Below, in pieces: positions 23,280 through 34,900 of a DNA stretch of 64,000 nucleotides. Source of the stretch: Tubiluchus corallicola (Eukaryota; Animalia; Priapulida). A program made the position numbers and the translations under genes. The notes below the pieces were generated by a model, which saw only the letters and a program-made list of their open reading frames with translations, made no database searches and was not told the origin of the DNA. The stretch covers positions 155,817 through 219,816 of the forward strand of contig JAQGDQ010000392.1 in assembly GCA_030141605.1 (NCBI GenBank), in the 5' to 3' direction. Numbering within the stretch: the stretch's first letter is position 1; every line of letters begins with the position of its first letter.

Positions 23280-25396
23280 GGCTTCCTAGTGATAACAAGA
23301 ATCAAACTATTAAATATCACTATTCATTATAGAAACCACAGGACCCACTAATATAATAATACTGACTCATATGCAAACCGACGTAGTAACAGCTATTACG
23401 GCTGGCTAATATACTAAGTGGTTCATACTGGGAATTCGAAACCTGCCAAACAGTTGCTTTATATTCCATCAGCAAACATATAAGACACTAAAAATCATTT
23501 ATTTGTATATCAAAAATGCATTTGTGAAATTAAATGTGTGCTTTTCAGCAAAATCGTCCACAAGTCGGCATTAAAGCTTTTCTAGTTATTCATATATCCT
23601 GAATCTCAATTTCATGAGGATCTCTTTGATACCAAGCTCATCACTCTATGTTATTTTTAAGCTGAGACAATCCATTTTGAAGTTGAGGTGCACGCTACTC
23701 ACTGAAAAACTTAATCTTGAGAAAATCACTGTTAAAGTTTAGTCCTTGTTTTTTGTCGCGTTTCTACAAACACTCGGCAACTGCACAAATGTTGGTTGCC
23801 ATGGACATCGCAAGAACACACTGAAGTTATGTTTAAATCCAGTAGATAGGCTTGGCAACACGAATGCTTCCACAAGCTACTATCAGAGTTTGAAAATGCA
23901 AGTTTTTTTTTACAATTCTAACACTAGTTTTTAGCCATAGAAGTGGGTACAGGGTTATAAAATTAGATTTTTAGTATTTTTTGGACATTTTCTGGACAAT
24001 TTGATGTTAGAATACAAAAGTCCAATATATTTAGCATTTGCTTTTATAAAAACAAAAAAATTGACATTTGACCAAATTTTTGGTGCTTTCTGCTTTGAAG
24101 CATAACAAAGTTGTTTTAACTATGCCAACTTTTGGATGGTTTTGCTTTGCAAGCACACAAATGTGTAAATTCGAATGGGACCTCTGATCTCTCTGACAAA
24201 TACTAAAGATTGCCTAATAATAACACTGATTATTTTTTTTATCAAATATGATCATTAGATAAGGGTTGTCCGCATAACTTACAATTATAAGTGACACCCA
24301 GGAACATAAAGGACAAGAAAACCTATTTGCTTACATAATGCTAAAAAATTCGTCTTGGAATCTTATACTACCTACATAATTGCCTCATCGCCTACTGAGC
24401 TTGTACTAGCAGCAATGCTATACAAAACTTGAAACTTAAACTCCAGTGACTGTTAGTCGCAGTCACTTTGACGAAAGGTTATTAGAAACAAGTTTACACG
24501 ACACTGCGTAAAGTTTAAAATAGAAATCAGCATTCATAGCATACAATTCACTAACTTAGCAAGAGTACAAATTACTGTATCTTGTCAATGAGAGCAATTT
24601 TAATATCATATCAACATGCTTCATTGTTAGCCAGTCATACACACTGGGATGGTGAGTCACTGACATTTTACGAGTTGGCGTGAACATTTTGAATTACCAA
24701 GCATTTTGCAAATTAATATAACATTGCAGGTAAGCGCGATGCAAATTAATATAACTTTGTACAGCAAGTTTTTTGTGATAAACTTTAAAATTGCCTTTTC
24801 TTCCTCTCAAAGAATTTTGTTGTATTTTGAAGGACTACAAAGTACAATAAAATATTGTAAAACTTGATTCTGACTGACTGAACAAAGTGATCTGGGATTT
24901 AAATTTATTCTCCATTTAAAGGACACAAGATTATCATACTAAACTTCTGAAATAATTACTTAATTTATAAATTCATAGTTGCTAATTGATAACGTCATTA
25001 TCACTGTTATTTACAATCTATTTTAGTTTATAGTATTTACAATCTAGTAGTAGTAGAATTTAAAAAAATATTCTGAATTATGAGTATCAGTCTCAGAACC
25101 AGAACGCCATAAATACTATCATACTTATTTAGCTTTTCCACTAGTCCGCAAAAGTTAAAAAAACATAATTAGTATTATAGTAAGTTACAAAAAATGAAAA
25201 TATATTATTATTAATAATATTATTAATTATATAAACTAAACTATATACAAAATTTCAAGACGCAGAACAGTAATAATTCGTTTTGAAACTGCACCAGTGA
25301 TTTTTCACTCACTGACTTTCTTAACTGACACTGTATTATTACATTCTTTCAATATACGAACAATATTATACAACAATTTTTTCAGATTTCACAAAC

Positions 25397-25440
25397 CTTG
25401 TGCAACAAGCAAATGGCTTTGCGATAAAAAGGAGGAAAAG
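25397..25440 (-). promoter_or_regulatory. FAU non-coding exon 1 with 5'TOP / TCT-type start
   Basis: Minus strand CTTTTCCTCCTTTTTATCGCAAAGCCATTTGCTTGTTGCACAAG|GTTTGT: a C-initiated pyrimidine tract followed by a donor. The matching acceptor is at 23286-23288, 6 nt before the FAU ATG. Confidence 0.85.
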
Positions 25441-26761
25441 TGCGCCGCCTATGAACTAGGCCGTTAATGTTTCGCTGATAAAGATCAATGGTTTACAGAC
25501 CGTGCGCAGAGCCATGTGAACTACTTTTACACTGAGATCAATAAAAAATCTTATCTATTAATCCTTAAGACTTTCACAAGAAAACTCCCCCAGAAACAAT
25601 TAATTTACGCTGCTAGGCCCTTAACACAATAATATGAGTTAGTTAACATACGAAATGGTGTAGATGCACACCATGTAACTGTCTGTAACATGACCTTTGC
25701 TAGACTGCAAAGCGAGTTTTAGGTTTGTCTTTTAGATGACAATGATACGTTATTGGACTAAGTAGTATTGATTTTAGTCACTACTCTCTTTTTCAGGATA
25801 GTTCCAATGTTTTGATAGGATAAAGGTCCGGAAAATTTCTAGACCATTCAGTCCCATTCTACATTTAAATATCGCAGGACGTGTGAAACAATTTAAAGCC
25901 TCTACATTAAATATTGATTGGCACGATCAAGTCCTTATTGTTTCAGCAATACCTTGATGTAATAATTTTTTTGTACTATTACCCGTTGTTACTGTACCTG
26001 TCTTCGGCTTTGTTGGCTTGCAAAATCAAAATATATATGGTTTTTGATTATAAATAAAATAAGGCTGAACTTTCTAGAAACTTCTTTGTGACAAACTCTT
26101 GGCTCACCAAAATGTAACAGCTTTAAAATTTTAACAACATTATATTAAATCTGAAAGACTTAATTAAGCATGTCATGATTTCTATGATCAGAATGATCGA
26201 CAACTTATTGTGATTAATATTATTGTTATTTGTGATGGAGTTAACAGTAATTAATAGTGCTGATCATTATGTGGATGATAAGGATTGATGAGCATGATGG
26301 CTAATGATAGAGATTAAGATGATGATAATGAAGGTGATAAATATGGTATTGATGATGGCGACAGGATGAGAATGACAATGATGCCTATGATATTGATTAT
26401 GGTTATGACAATGATAATAAAAGCTGCCATCACTAGTGCACACCAACAGAGTGCACACCAACCTGAAAATACCTGATAACAAAATTCATGGGATCGTTAT
26501 TGACTAGATAGAGAAGCTCACAGACTTTTCAATTGTGCAATGAAACAAGGGTGTATTAGAAAATAAATTTTGTTGCCGTGATCACTTGCAATAGTCGCCA
26601 AAACTATAGGGCTGCATTAAACAGGAGAGTTTTTATAGTTTCAACTGTAGTTTATCAGATAATATTATTGACCATGAGTCGGTCAATATTCAGAATCACA
26701 GTAAACGCTTTGCTAAGATAAATGCTCTGTATTGTATAAAACATTCTTTTGGGCATATAGG

Positions 26762-26784
26762 TATATATATATATATACACGTGT

Positions 26785-26832
<48 letters not shown>

Positions 26833-26865
26833 GCGCGCGCACGCGCACACACACACACGTACACA
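26762..26865. repeat. compound (TA)n(CA)n(CG)n microsatellite
   Basis: Direct reading. Confidence 0.95.
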
Positions 26866-27039
26866 AATATATTGAAATAAAAAAGATAAATGTGTGTGTT
26901 TGTGTGTATGTATTGCTTACGTTTTCAAATATACTCTGCTACTAAAAATATTACAGTAACAAGTTTCCGTAAGGTTTTAAAATTATTGCGGCAAGAAGTT
27001 AATTTTTTTATGGTTTAATGTGACTGTGGGGCTGTGGTC

Positions 27040-27247
27040 GTTACCATGTTTGCCGTTACGATGGTCGTCTAGCAGCGAAAAAAGAAAATTGCGGTGAATT
27101 CTGGGAAACATGCTCAACTGACGCCATTTTAAAATTGTGCATTTTGGTTTGTGCGACAATGAATTAAATAAAATGTTGTCTTAACATGATTTGTGAACAC
27201 TAAATAGTTAATATCATTAAAGTCCTACTGTCGTCTGTTAGGTAATT
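27040..27247 (+). promoter_or_regulatory. candidate promoter / non-coding first exon of the PPP6R gene, divergent from FAU
   Basis: Local CpG enrichment, YY1-type CGCCATTTT at 27122-27130 and donor-like TAG|GTAATT at 27241. The ATG exon starts after an acceptor at 31896. Confidence 0.3.
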
Positions 27248-27408
27248 TAACAAAAAACTTACTGTTTTTATTACACTTTACGTAAGTTGATTTTGTAAAC
27301 AGGATCTAGAAATTAGCCTTGCTGTAGTCATAAGTCGATGATGATGATAAGATGCTAATTATTGTTGTATTGCTAAGTCTCCTTAATCGGCAGAGTAACT
27401 GCTCGTGA

Positions 27409-30264
27409 ATATAATAAGAATCTTTATTTAAAGTCGGCTTTTGTATGATCAATGAACATTAGCTGAAATAGCTATTATCCCCGACATAGACATAGACATA
27501 GAACATTTATTTTCTCCATTTGTTTGACATGACAAGTTTTTTTTAAATATTACTTAATTATAGTAGTGGAGCAGGGCAGGGAAGGACCATAGGGTCATCT
27601 AGTCTCCTGCCCTGTCTTATAATTAAATTAGTATATTAAAAGTAAATGGTGAGACTGCGGATAACAAAATCAAATAGGAAAGAAATAATAATATTAAACA
27701 GTATAAATGAAAACAAAGTATAAATGAAAACAGTATAAGTGAAAACAAAAAATAATAAAGTTAGATGACACCTAAATCTAAACAAAACAATACAATTAAT
27801 ACAAGTAATTATGATTATTACATATATTTTCAAATAGGGGCCTTAATGACAGGGGATTTTGACTGTATGGAGAGATAAAATAAGTATCAAAAAAGTGTAA
27901 TATAGAAAATTTAAGAGAAAAAGTTAGTATAAGAAAGAGCAACAATTACTTAGGAGATGAGAAAAAAAACACTTGATAGCTTGCTTATTAGTCTTACAAG
28001 TTATGTATTACAGGTATATTCATTTAGTAAGAATTTTCTGTATTTTTTGGAAGCAGAAAATAAGCTACCTCCAAAGGTATCTTTTGGCAACGAGTTCCAT
28101 AATTTAACTCCTCGTGATTTTAAGCTATTGAAACCATGTCGGGTAAAAAATCTCTCCACAAAATACTGTTCATTAGAAGCAGCTCTTGTGGAGTATGAAT
28201 GTATATCAGAAACATTAGTGAAATATTCACTAAAAAGTTCGGGTAATAAACCAGCATTGAATTTATACATAAATTTGAACAACTCAAGATTGTAAATATC
28301 TCTTACTTTTAAAATTTCTAATTTTACGAACGATGGTGTAGCATGATCATATTTGCGAGCAAAAGTTATTAGTTTTACTATTTTGTTTTGTTGTGTCTGT
28401 ATTAATTTTTGAATTGATGCAAAAGCCGTACCCCATGTTAGGATGGAATATTGTAAATAAGGGAAAACTAACGAATTATATAGAAGTTTCAGAATATATT
28501 GGTCAACGTAGTGCCTTACTTTTAAAATTATTCCAGTAATTCGACTTAATTTGTATGTTATGTGTTTTATATGTGGTTCCCATGTTAATTTATTATCAAT
28601 GAGTAGGCCCAAGTATTTGATGTTGTCTGTTTCTTCAATTTTGTGTTTGTTTATTATAATATGAAATTTTGGATTATTAGCATTGTTAATTTGCTTATTG
28701 TTGATTATCATAAATTTGGTTTTTTTTGTAGTTAATTGATAGCTGGTTTGCCCTCATCCACAGGTCTATTTTTTTCATTTCGTCATTAACAGATTTTTGC
28801 AAATTATTTATATTGGAGTCAGACATGAACAAATTAGTGTCATCGGCAAATATTCGGGTTTGAAAGTTGCTGCATGTGGGAAGATCGTTAATATAAATTA
28901 AGAATAGAAGAGGTCCTAAATTAGAGCCTTGTGGCACTCCACACGATATGTGTTTATAGTCTGATGATACATTGTTAATAGATATGAATTGTTTTCTGTT
29001 AGTTAGATATGACTGAATTAGTTGCAAAGGTAGACCTCTGATGCCATAATGGTTTAATTTGGCTATTAGTATACTATGCTGTACGGTATCAAAAGCTTTT
29101 GATAAGTCTAAAAATATTCCGCAATTCAGTAATTTTTTGTCAGTGTCTAGAGAGATCGTGTCAATTAATTCGGATACAGCAAGGGCAGTTGAATAATTTT
29201 TTCTGAAACCAAACTGGTATTTACTTAGGATATTACTTTTCACAACAAACTGGTATAATCTCTTGTAAATTAGCCTCTCAAAAACTTTTGATACTGGTGA
29301 TAAGAGAGATATTGGTCTGTAATTGCCAGGTTCATGTGGAGAGCCAGTTTTATATAAAGGAATAACTTTTGCTATTTTTAATATATTTGGAAAAGTTCCA
29401 GCATTAACCGATTTATTAAACAGTAATGTGAGTATTGGTGAAATAATTTGACTTGCAGATTTAAAAAAAGATATTGGTATATTTTGTGGTCCTGGTGATT
29501 TGTTTGAATTAAGTGTGTTTAAAAGTGTGCATGTTTCATTTTCAGTAATAGGATTAATGAAAAAAGAATTTGGGTTAGGGTTTTTCAAAAAGTCAGTAAA
29601 ATTAACGTTAGGTTTAGGTATTTTGGCAGCCATGTCAGGGCCTATATTTACAAAAAACTCATTTAGTTTACTGGCAATATCATATGTATCTGTATAGTCC
29701 ACATTATTTATTGTTAACTTACTTGGTGTTTGTCGTGTTTTTGGATCAGTTTTTATAATACTGTTTATTGTTTCCCAAGTTTTTTTCATGTTATTCTTGT
29801 GTTTTTGCAATGCTTCAGTGTAATATTGTTTTTTTGATGATTCTTTGACATGATTTAATTTATTTGAGTAGGATTTGTAGTAGATTTGTTTGTATAAATT
29901 ATTTGAGAGTTTGTGTGATTTGTAAAGACGTGATCTGATTTTAATACTATTTAAAATTCCTTTAGTGATCCATGGTTTTTGAAATGTAATAGTGTCTTTC
30001 CTAGACAGAGTTTGCAAAGGAAAATGATTATTAAACACATTGAAGAGTATTTCATTAAATACTGTAAGTGTAAATAAGAAACTAAAATTACACCTCTATT
30101 AAAAGAGACTGTCATTACCCCACCTTTACCCTAAATACGGCGCACCAGGCAAAAGTAACATCGATCCATTTTTAAAGTGTTTGGTATGACCTGGCCTCTG
30201 AGTCGAACTCACTACCTCACAGACAGAATGCGGACGCATTACCTCTAGACTAAACTGTCCGCTC
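27409..30264 (-). mobile_element. tRNA-derived SINE with Meta-like central domain, split by a LINE insertion (pieces 27409-27485 and 30061-30264)
   Basis: Head has A box TAGTCTAGAGG and B box GAGTTCGACTC, then GGTCATACCAAACACTTTAAAAATGG..TGCCTGG. The two pieces rejoin to match the intact copy at 61614-61867. Confidence 0.8.
27483..30060 (-). mobile_element. 5'-truncated CR1-group non-LTR retrotransposon (RT domain plus 3'UTR)
   Basis: ORF2 motifs KPWITKGI, GNYRPISLL, QFGFR, FLDLSKAFDTV, GVPQGSNLGPLLFLIYINDL, FADDT, KYLGL and KLWNSLP across two ORFs (30038-28695 and 28711-28001) joined by one frameshift in an A-run near 28720. 3' hairpin GGAGACTAGATGACCCTATGGTCCTTCC resembles CR1 ends, followed by AATAAA and a (TATGTC)3 tail. 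No endonuclease domain. Confidence 0.95.
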
Positions 30265-31465
30265 AAATAATTAATTTGCTAAACATTGACTTGCTATGAT
30301 AGTGGCAGTTACAGTACCTTTTCTAAATTATGTAGGCACATTGTAAGTTTGTCCTACCTCTCTGTCTTTAGTAAGCAGCAAGGTAAAATAGGCTACTTAT
30401 TGAGTGAAGTTACTTGCCACTCGGATTTCACACTGGCCGATTAAACCAATTGTTAGTGATGGCATACTTCTACTTCGTTCTAAGATTTGTCTTTTGCCTT
30501 GAAATGGTGACAGGCACTCATGATTAATTTTTTATAACTGCTTTTTAAACACCTTTTATTTCTTGTAAATTAAAATAATTTTCTTAGAGAGAAAATAAGC
30601 TGAATAGTATGTGACCGTAAGACTGGTACTCTTTTAAATTCAGTCACTCTTTTACACGTCTTTATGCCATTTTCTCTTTTTTGCTGCAGTTCATTAACAT
30701 TTTAGTAAGTGTTTGAATAATTGGTTGATTCGATGTTGTGTTTTATTTGCTAAAGTTGTCACTTCATTCCACAGTATTTCTTTTTTGTACAAAAAAGTAG
30801 ACGTGTGTCCTGTCTATTTATTATAAGACAATATACATGTGCCAGTACTATCACTCAGTGAGAAATTACATAATGTCTATAAGTAATCTAGAAAGCATTT
30901 TCGATTTTCAAAATTAACCAAGTTCAATAGCAAAAAACTGTCAACTCCTTTACAATTCCGCTTCACAGAAATTGAAAGTTAGGAGGCCGTATAACCAATA
31001 TTTATCATAAAATTATGATACGTTGTAAATAAAAAAATTAATATGAATTAAGTATGTAGTCCATCAGGCATTGTCTTAGCTTTCCATAACTTAAGAACAC
31101 CAACATTTGGATTTTTTTAAACATTTATCTTGCACAAAATTTGCCTGCTATGTCGCCGTTATAGTATAACATAATTAACTGCTGATTTAACAAATGCTTA
31201 TAAATAATTCCAGAAGGAACATTCGTCGGTCTTTTGAAACAAGTAGACTTAACTGTGATCAGCAGAATAAAGTTCAAACAAATTTTAAAAATAAATATAA
31301 TTTCGAGGCCGTAGCCACGAGCTGTTTGTATGAAAGTGGGAAGCCTTTTCACTTTCACGTGTTGCTATTTGCTTCAAGCTGACACACAAACTATTTCGCG
31401 TTTCCCGCAAAAACAAATGGAGTAAAACGACATAGTGGGTGTGCAAGTTGCATAAAAAAGCAAAT

Positions 31466-31468
<3 letters not shown>

Positions 31469-31507
<39 letters not shown>

Positions 31508-31514
31508 AGGTAGG

Positions 31515-31599
<85 letters not shown>
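31469..31599. repeat. (GA)n microsatellite upstream of the PPP6R ATG exon
   Basis: Direct reading; interrupted by GGGA units. Confidence 0.95.
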
Positions 31600-31942
31600 C
31601 TTCTAGCTTGATCGCGAGTGCTGAAAAAACTGCTTAGTTTAGTACTGTGTGAAGTAAATTTCATCTCCAGTGCTCATTAAATTCATATCAAAGTCAGACA
31701 TTGGGCAAATTCCATTTTTCGTTGTTGTTTCTTTTTCAGTTGCCCGGTTCTATTAATTTCGTCCATTTTTTGCGATCGTGGAACAATCAGAGGCCCTGAA
31801 CTGTATTGGTCTGAATGATTGTTGGTTGGAGATGAACCATGCCACCTGCTGGTGGTGAACACTGAATTGGATTAAATTTTATTTCTGTTTTTTCAGTTTA
31901 CACGATAGGGTCATAAGGGTCCTAAAAATAGAAGCCGCAACC

Positions 31943-34900
31943 ATGTTTTGGCGATTTCATCAGATGACCACGTCGCATATCGACACATTGCTGAGCAAAG
32001 AGGTTAGTATGATATTGAGCTGCTTAAACGTAAAAGAGTTATCGTTCTTGTGAAAATGGTGGACATATTTCCATTGGCCTGCCTCATATTAGATTGTATC
32101 TGGCTGTCAAGCAGTAAATTCTTTATGAGCTCACTTGAAATCTTAGAACAATTATTATATACATAAATTTCACTTAAAGTTGCAGACATTGAAGATACAT
32201 TATTGTAGATATCGTATAGCATATGCGACCATTATGCATGAAAAAATGGTGGAGAACAAGTAATTTGTTGCAATAAAACTATGGTCTTCTTCTGACAGCT
32301 ACATGGGAAAACAGTTTTTTCTGTGTGTTACATGGCTTGTCATGTTTGTGAATTATTAATTGTTTTGTATTTATACCCATCTACTTTTCTGCATCTACTG
32401 TATTTACTGGTTTTCACTATAGGTTTGTACTAATTTAAGTACATTAGTAATTCTGTTTTTGTCTTTAGGCGGTAACATTGAAGGAATTAATGGATGAAGA
32501 TGATATTCTACAAGAGTGTAAAGGTCAAAATCAAAAGCTTCTGGAATTGTAAGCATAACTTTGAATTCTTTCAAAATTTCGTTTTCTCGGGTTACATGCT
32601 GAAGTAAAATCATGGCTAAATACTACTGTAGTCCACTAGTCCAGTATTTCTATTATAATAGTGGATAGTATCTGAAAGGAAGCAATAAAATATTTGTGTT
32701 TTGATTTATCATATTGACACGAAGCTGTCATATCTAAAGTATCATGTAAATTAGTAAATTGTTTTACTAAAATGCTGATTTTTTCAAGTTACCCTTTGTT
32801 ATAACGTAATTTACAGTTTTACTTCAATGGTTTTGCAGCCTTTATGTACATAATATATGATGTTGAGCGAATAACATTGTAGCATGGCTCTTCTGTTTAG
32901 CAGCTGTAAATGCTACCATTCTGCTGTGATTGTTTTGCAATGCTTCTAGTGCATTTGCTATGGCACAGTTTGCCTGTCCCATATTTTTTGTACGTTATCA
33001 GATTAATACTTGAAACAATTCAGCAGTTTCACCTACGATATTGATTTTGCAGTTTGATTCTGCCTGAGAATTTGGAGGAGATGGTGAACTTAATCATTAA
33101 TGAGCCAGACGAGGATGAAAATGAGAAGACTAGATTCAAGTAAGCGCCTTTTTGACTCTATTGATCAAATGCATAATTAAATGTCTATTGAATTAGGCTT
33201 TTGTGTATACGGGTAGTCGGCGACTCACTACACGTGTGACTTATGACTGTTTGACCAATCGCAGTTTAATTAATTAATTATACAATACCAAAAGTTTCCA
33301 TTTTGTGTTTTTGTTTTCTATATTTGTTTTTAAATGAATTTGTTTTAAATAAGTTGCTATCTGTTTCGATAAATTCATCGTACGTGTTGCTATACTGATG
33401 CACATACACGCACAACATCTTGCGTGTACTGGGTGCACCGCTTTAATATACAGGTCCAACTTGCATCCAGTTTGTCTTATGACCAATCCTCCAGAATGTA
33501 TTGTGGTCATAAGTCAATGACTACCTGTAAATACTTTTATGCTAATTTGTTTTTGACATTACATTGATTAATTGCTTCTCTTTGGCACCACTTCTAATTA
33601 AACATTAATGTGTTATTGATTATCCAGGTGTTTTTATTTTCTTTACAGATATCCTAATGTAGCATGTGAATTGTTAACATCTGATGTTGCACAAATAACC
33701 GAAAAGTTAGCAGGCGAAGAAGCGTTGCTGGAAAAGCTGTATGGATTCATTCAAAAAGAAGGACCTTTAAATCCACTGCTAGCTAGCTTTTTCAGCAAAA
33801 CGATGGGTCTTCTTGTCACACGGCAACCAGAAGTGGCAAGTTATATATTATTTGTTTTTTCAGAACAAACATTCTGTGTGTAGATTTAGCCGTGTGTAGT
33901 TTTAAGTGTGCAGTTGTTCTTTTTAATTCGAGTTTATAAATATTGTCATTATTTACTCAGATGCTAATTCTGAATGATTGTCTGTAGGTTAATGTCATTT
34001 TTCATTCAAAATTTTGTCAAATTTTGGTACAGAACAATTGTAGTAAACACGGAGAATAAAATTTTTGGATTTGATAGACATGCAGAAAAATTGCTGTTTG
34101 CTATGAATCACTTTTTAACCAAGTTCTTAATGATTATTATAACTTATTATTTGCACTTCTGCAATACTAATGTACCCCTTGTAATATTGTGACTTTTGAT
34201 GCTTTTATTTATGGGCACCACACATTCGTGCATGCGTACTTAAGGCCTCATTTGGTATGGTTTTCATGCATTTTGTCATATGCATTGGGAAGTTCTATTA
34301 CTAATGTTGAGTGGTTGATTTGACTGGGATATAAATCTATTACTGAGAATAATACCAAGATGAAATTCTGAACCAACAGAGAATGCCACCGTCAGATGTG
34401 TGTATACCTTTCTTGTACGAGTAAAATAATCGGGGCAGTATGGTGGCACGAAATAGTCACATATCCACTGTTAACTAAGCTGAATGTTGATTAACTCGGT
34501 AACTAAGGAAAACTAACGGCACACACCATTATTTCTTAGTTATATATTTTTTCTCTGTTAGTGTTTGTTTGCATTTTCTTTGTTTATGGCATTTGTGGTG
34601 TAAACAAAGATCATGTTTTATAAAACTTGGAAATTGAAAATTCTTGGTTATAACGATGTCGGGTTTCTTGATAATCGGTTGTGATATTGTCTTCCAGTTG
34701 AATGCAAAGACTGTGCAAAGGTAAAAAAGGAAAGTCTAATAACATATTTACAAAGCCAGTAATACATTTATTTTTTTATTTTTTCAGATGTTTGAATTTT
34801 TGAAGTCAAAAGAAGACTTCATAGACCATCTAATGCGAAATTTTAACACTTCTGCAATTATGGACCTTTTGTTACGGCTTGTAAAATGTATAGAGCCACA

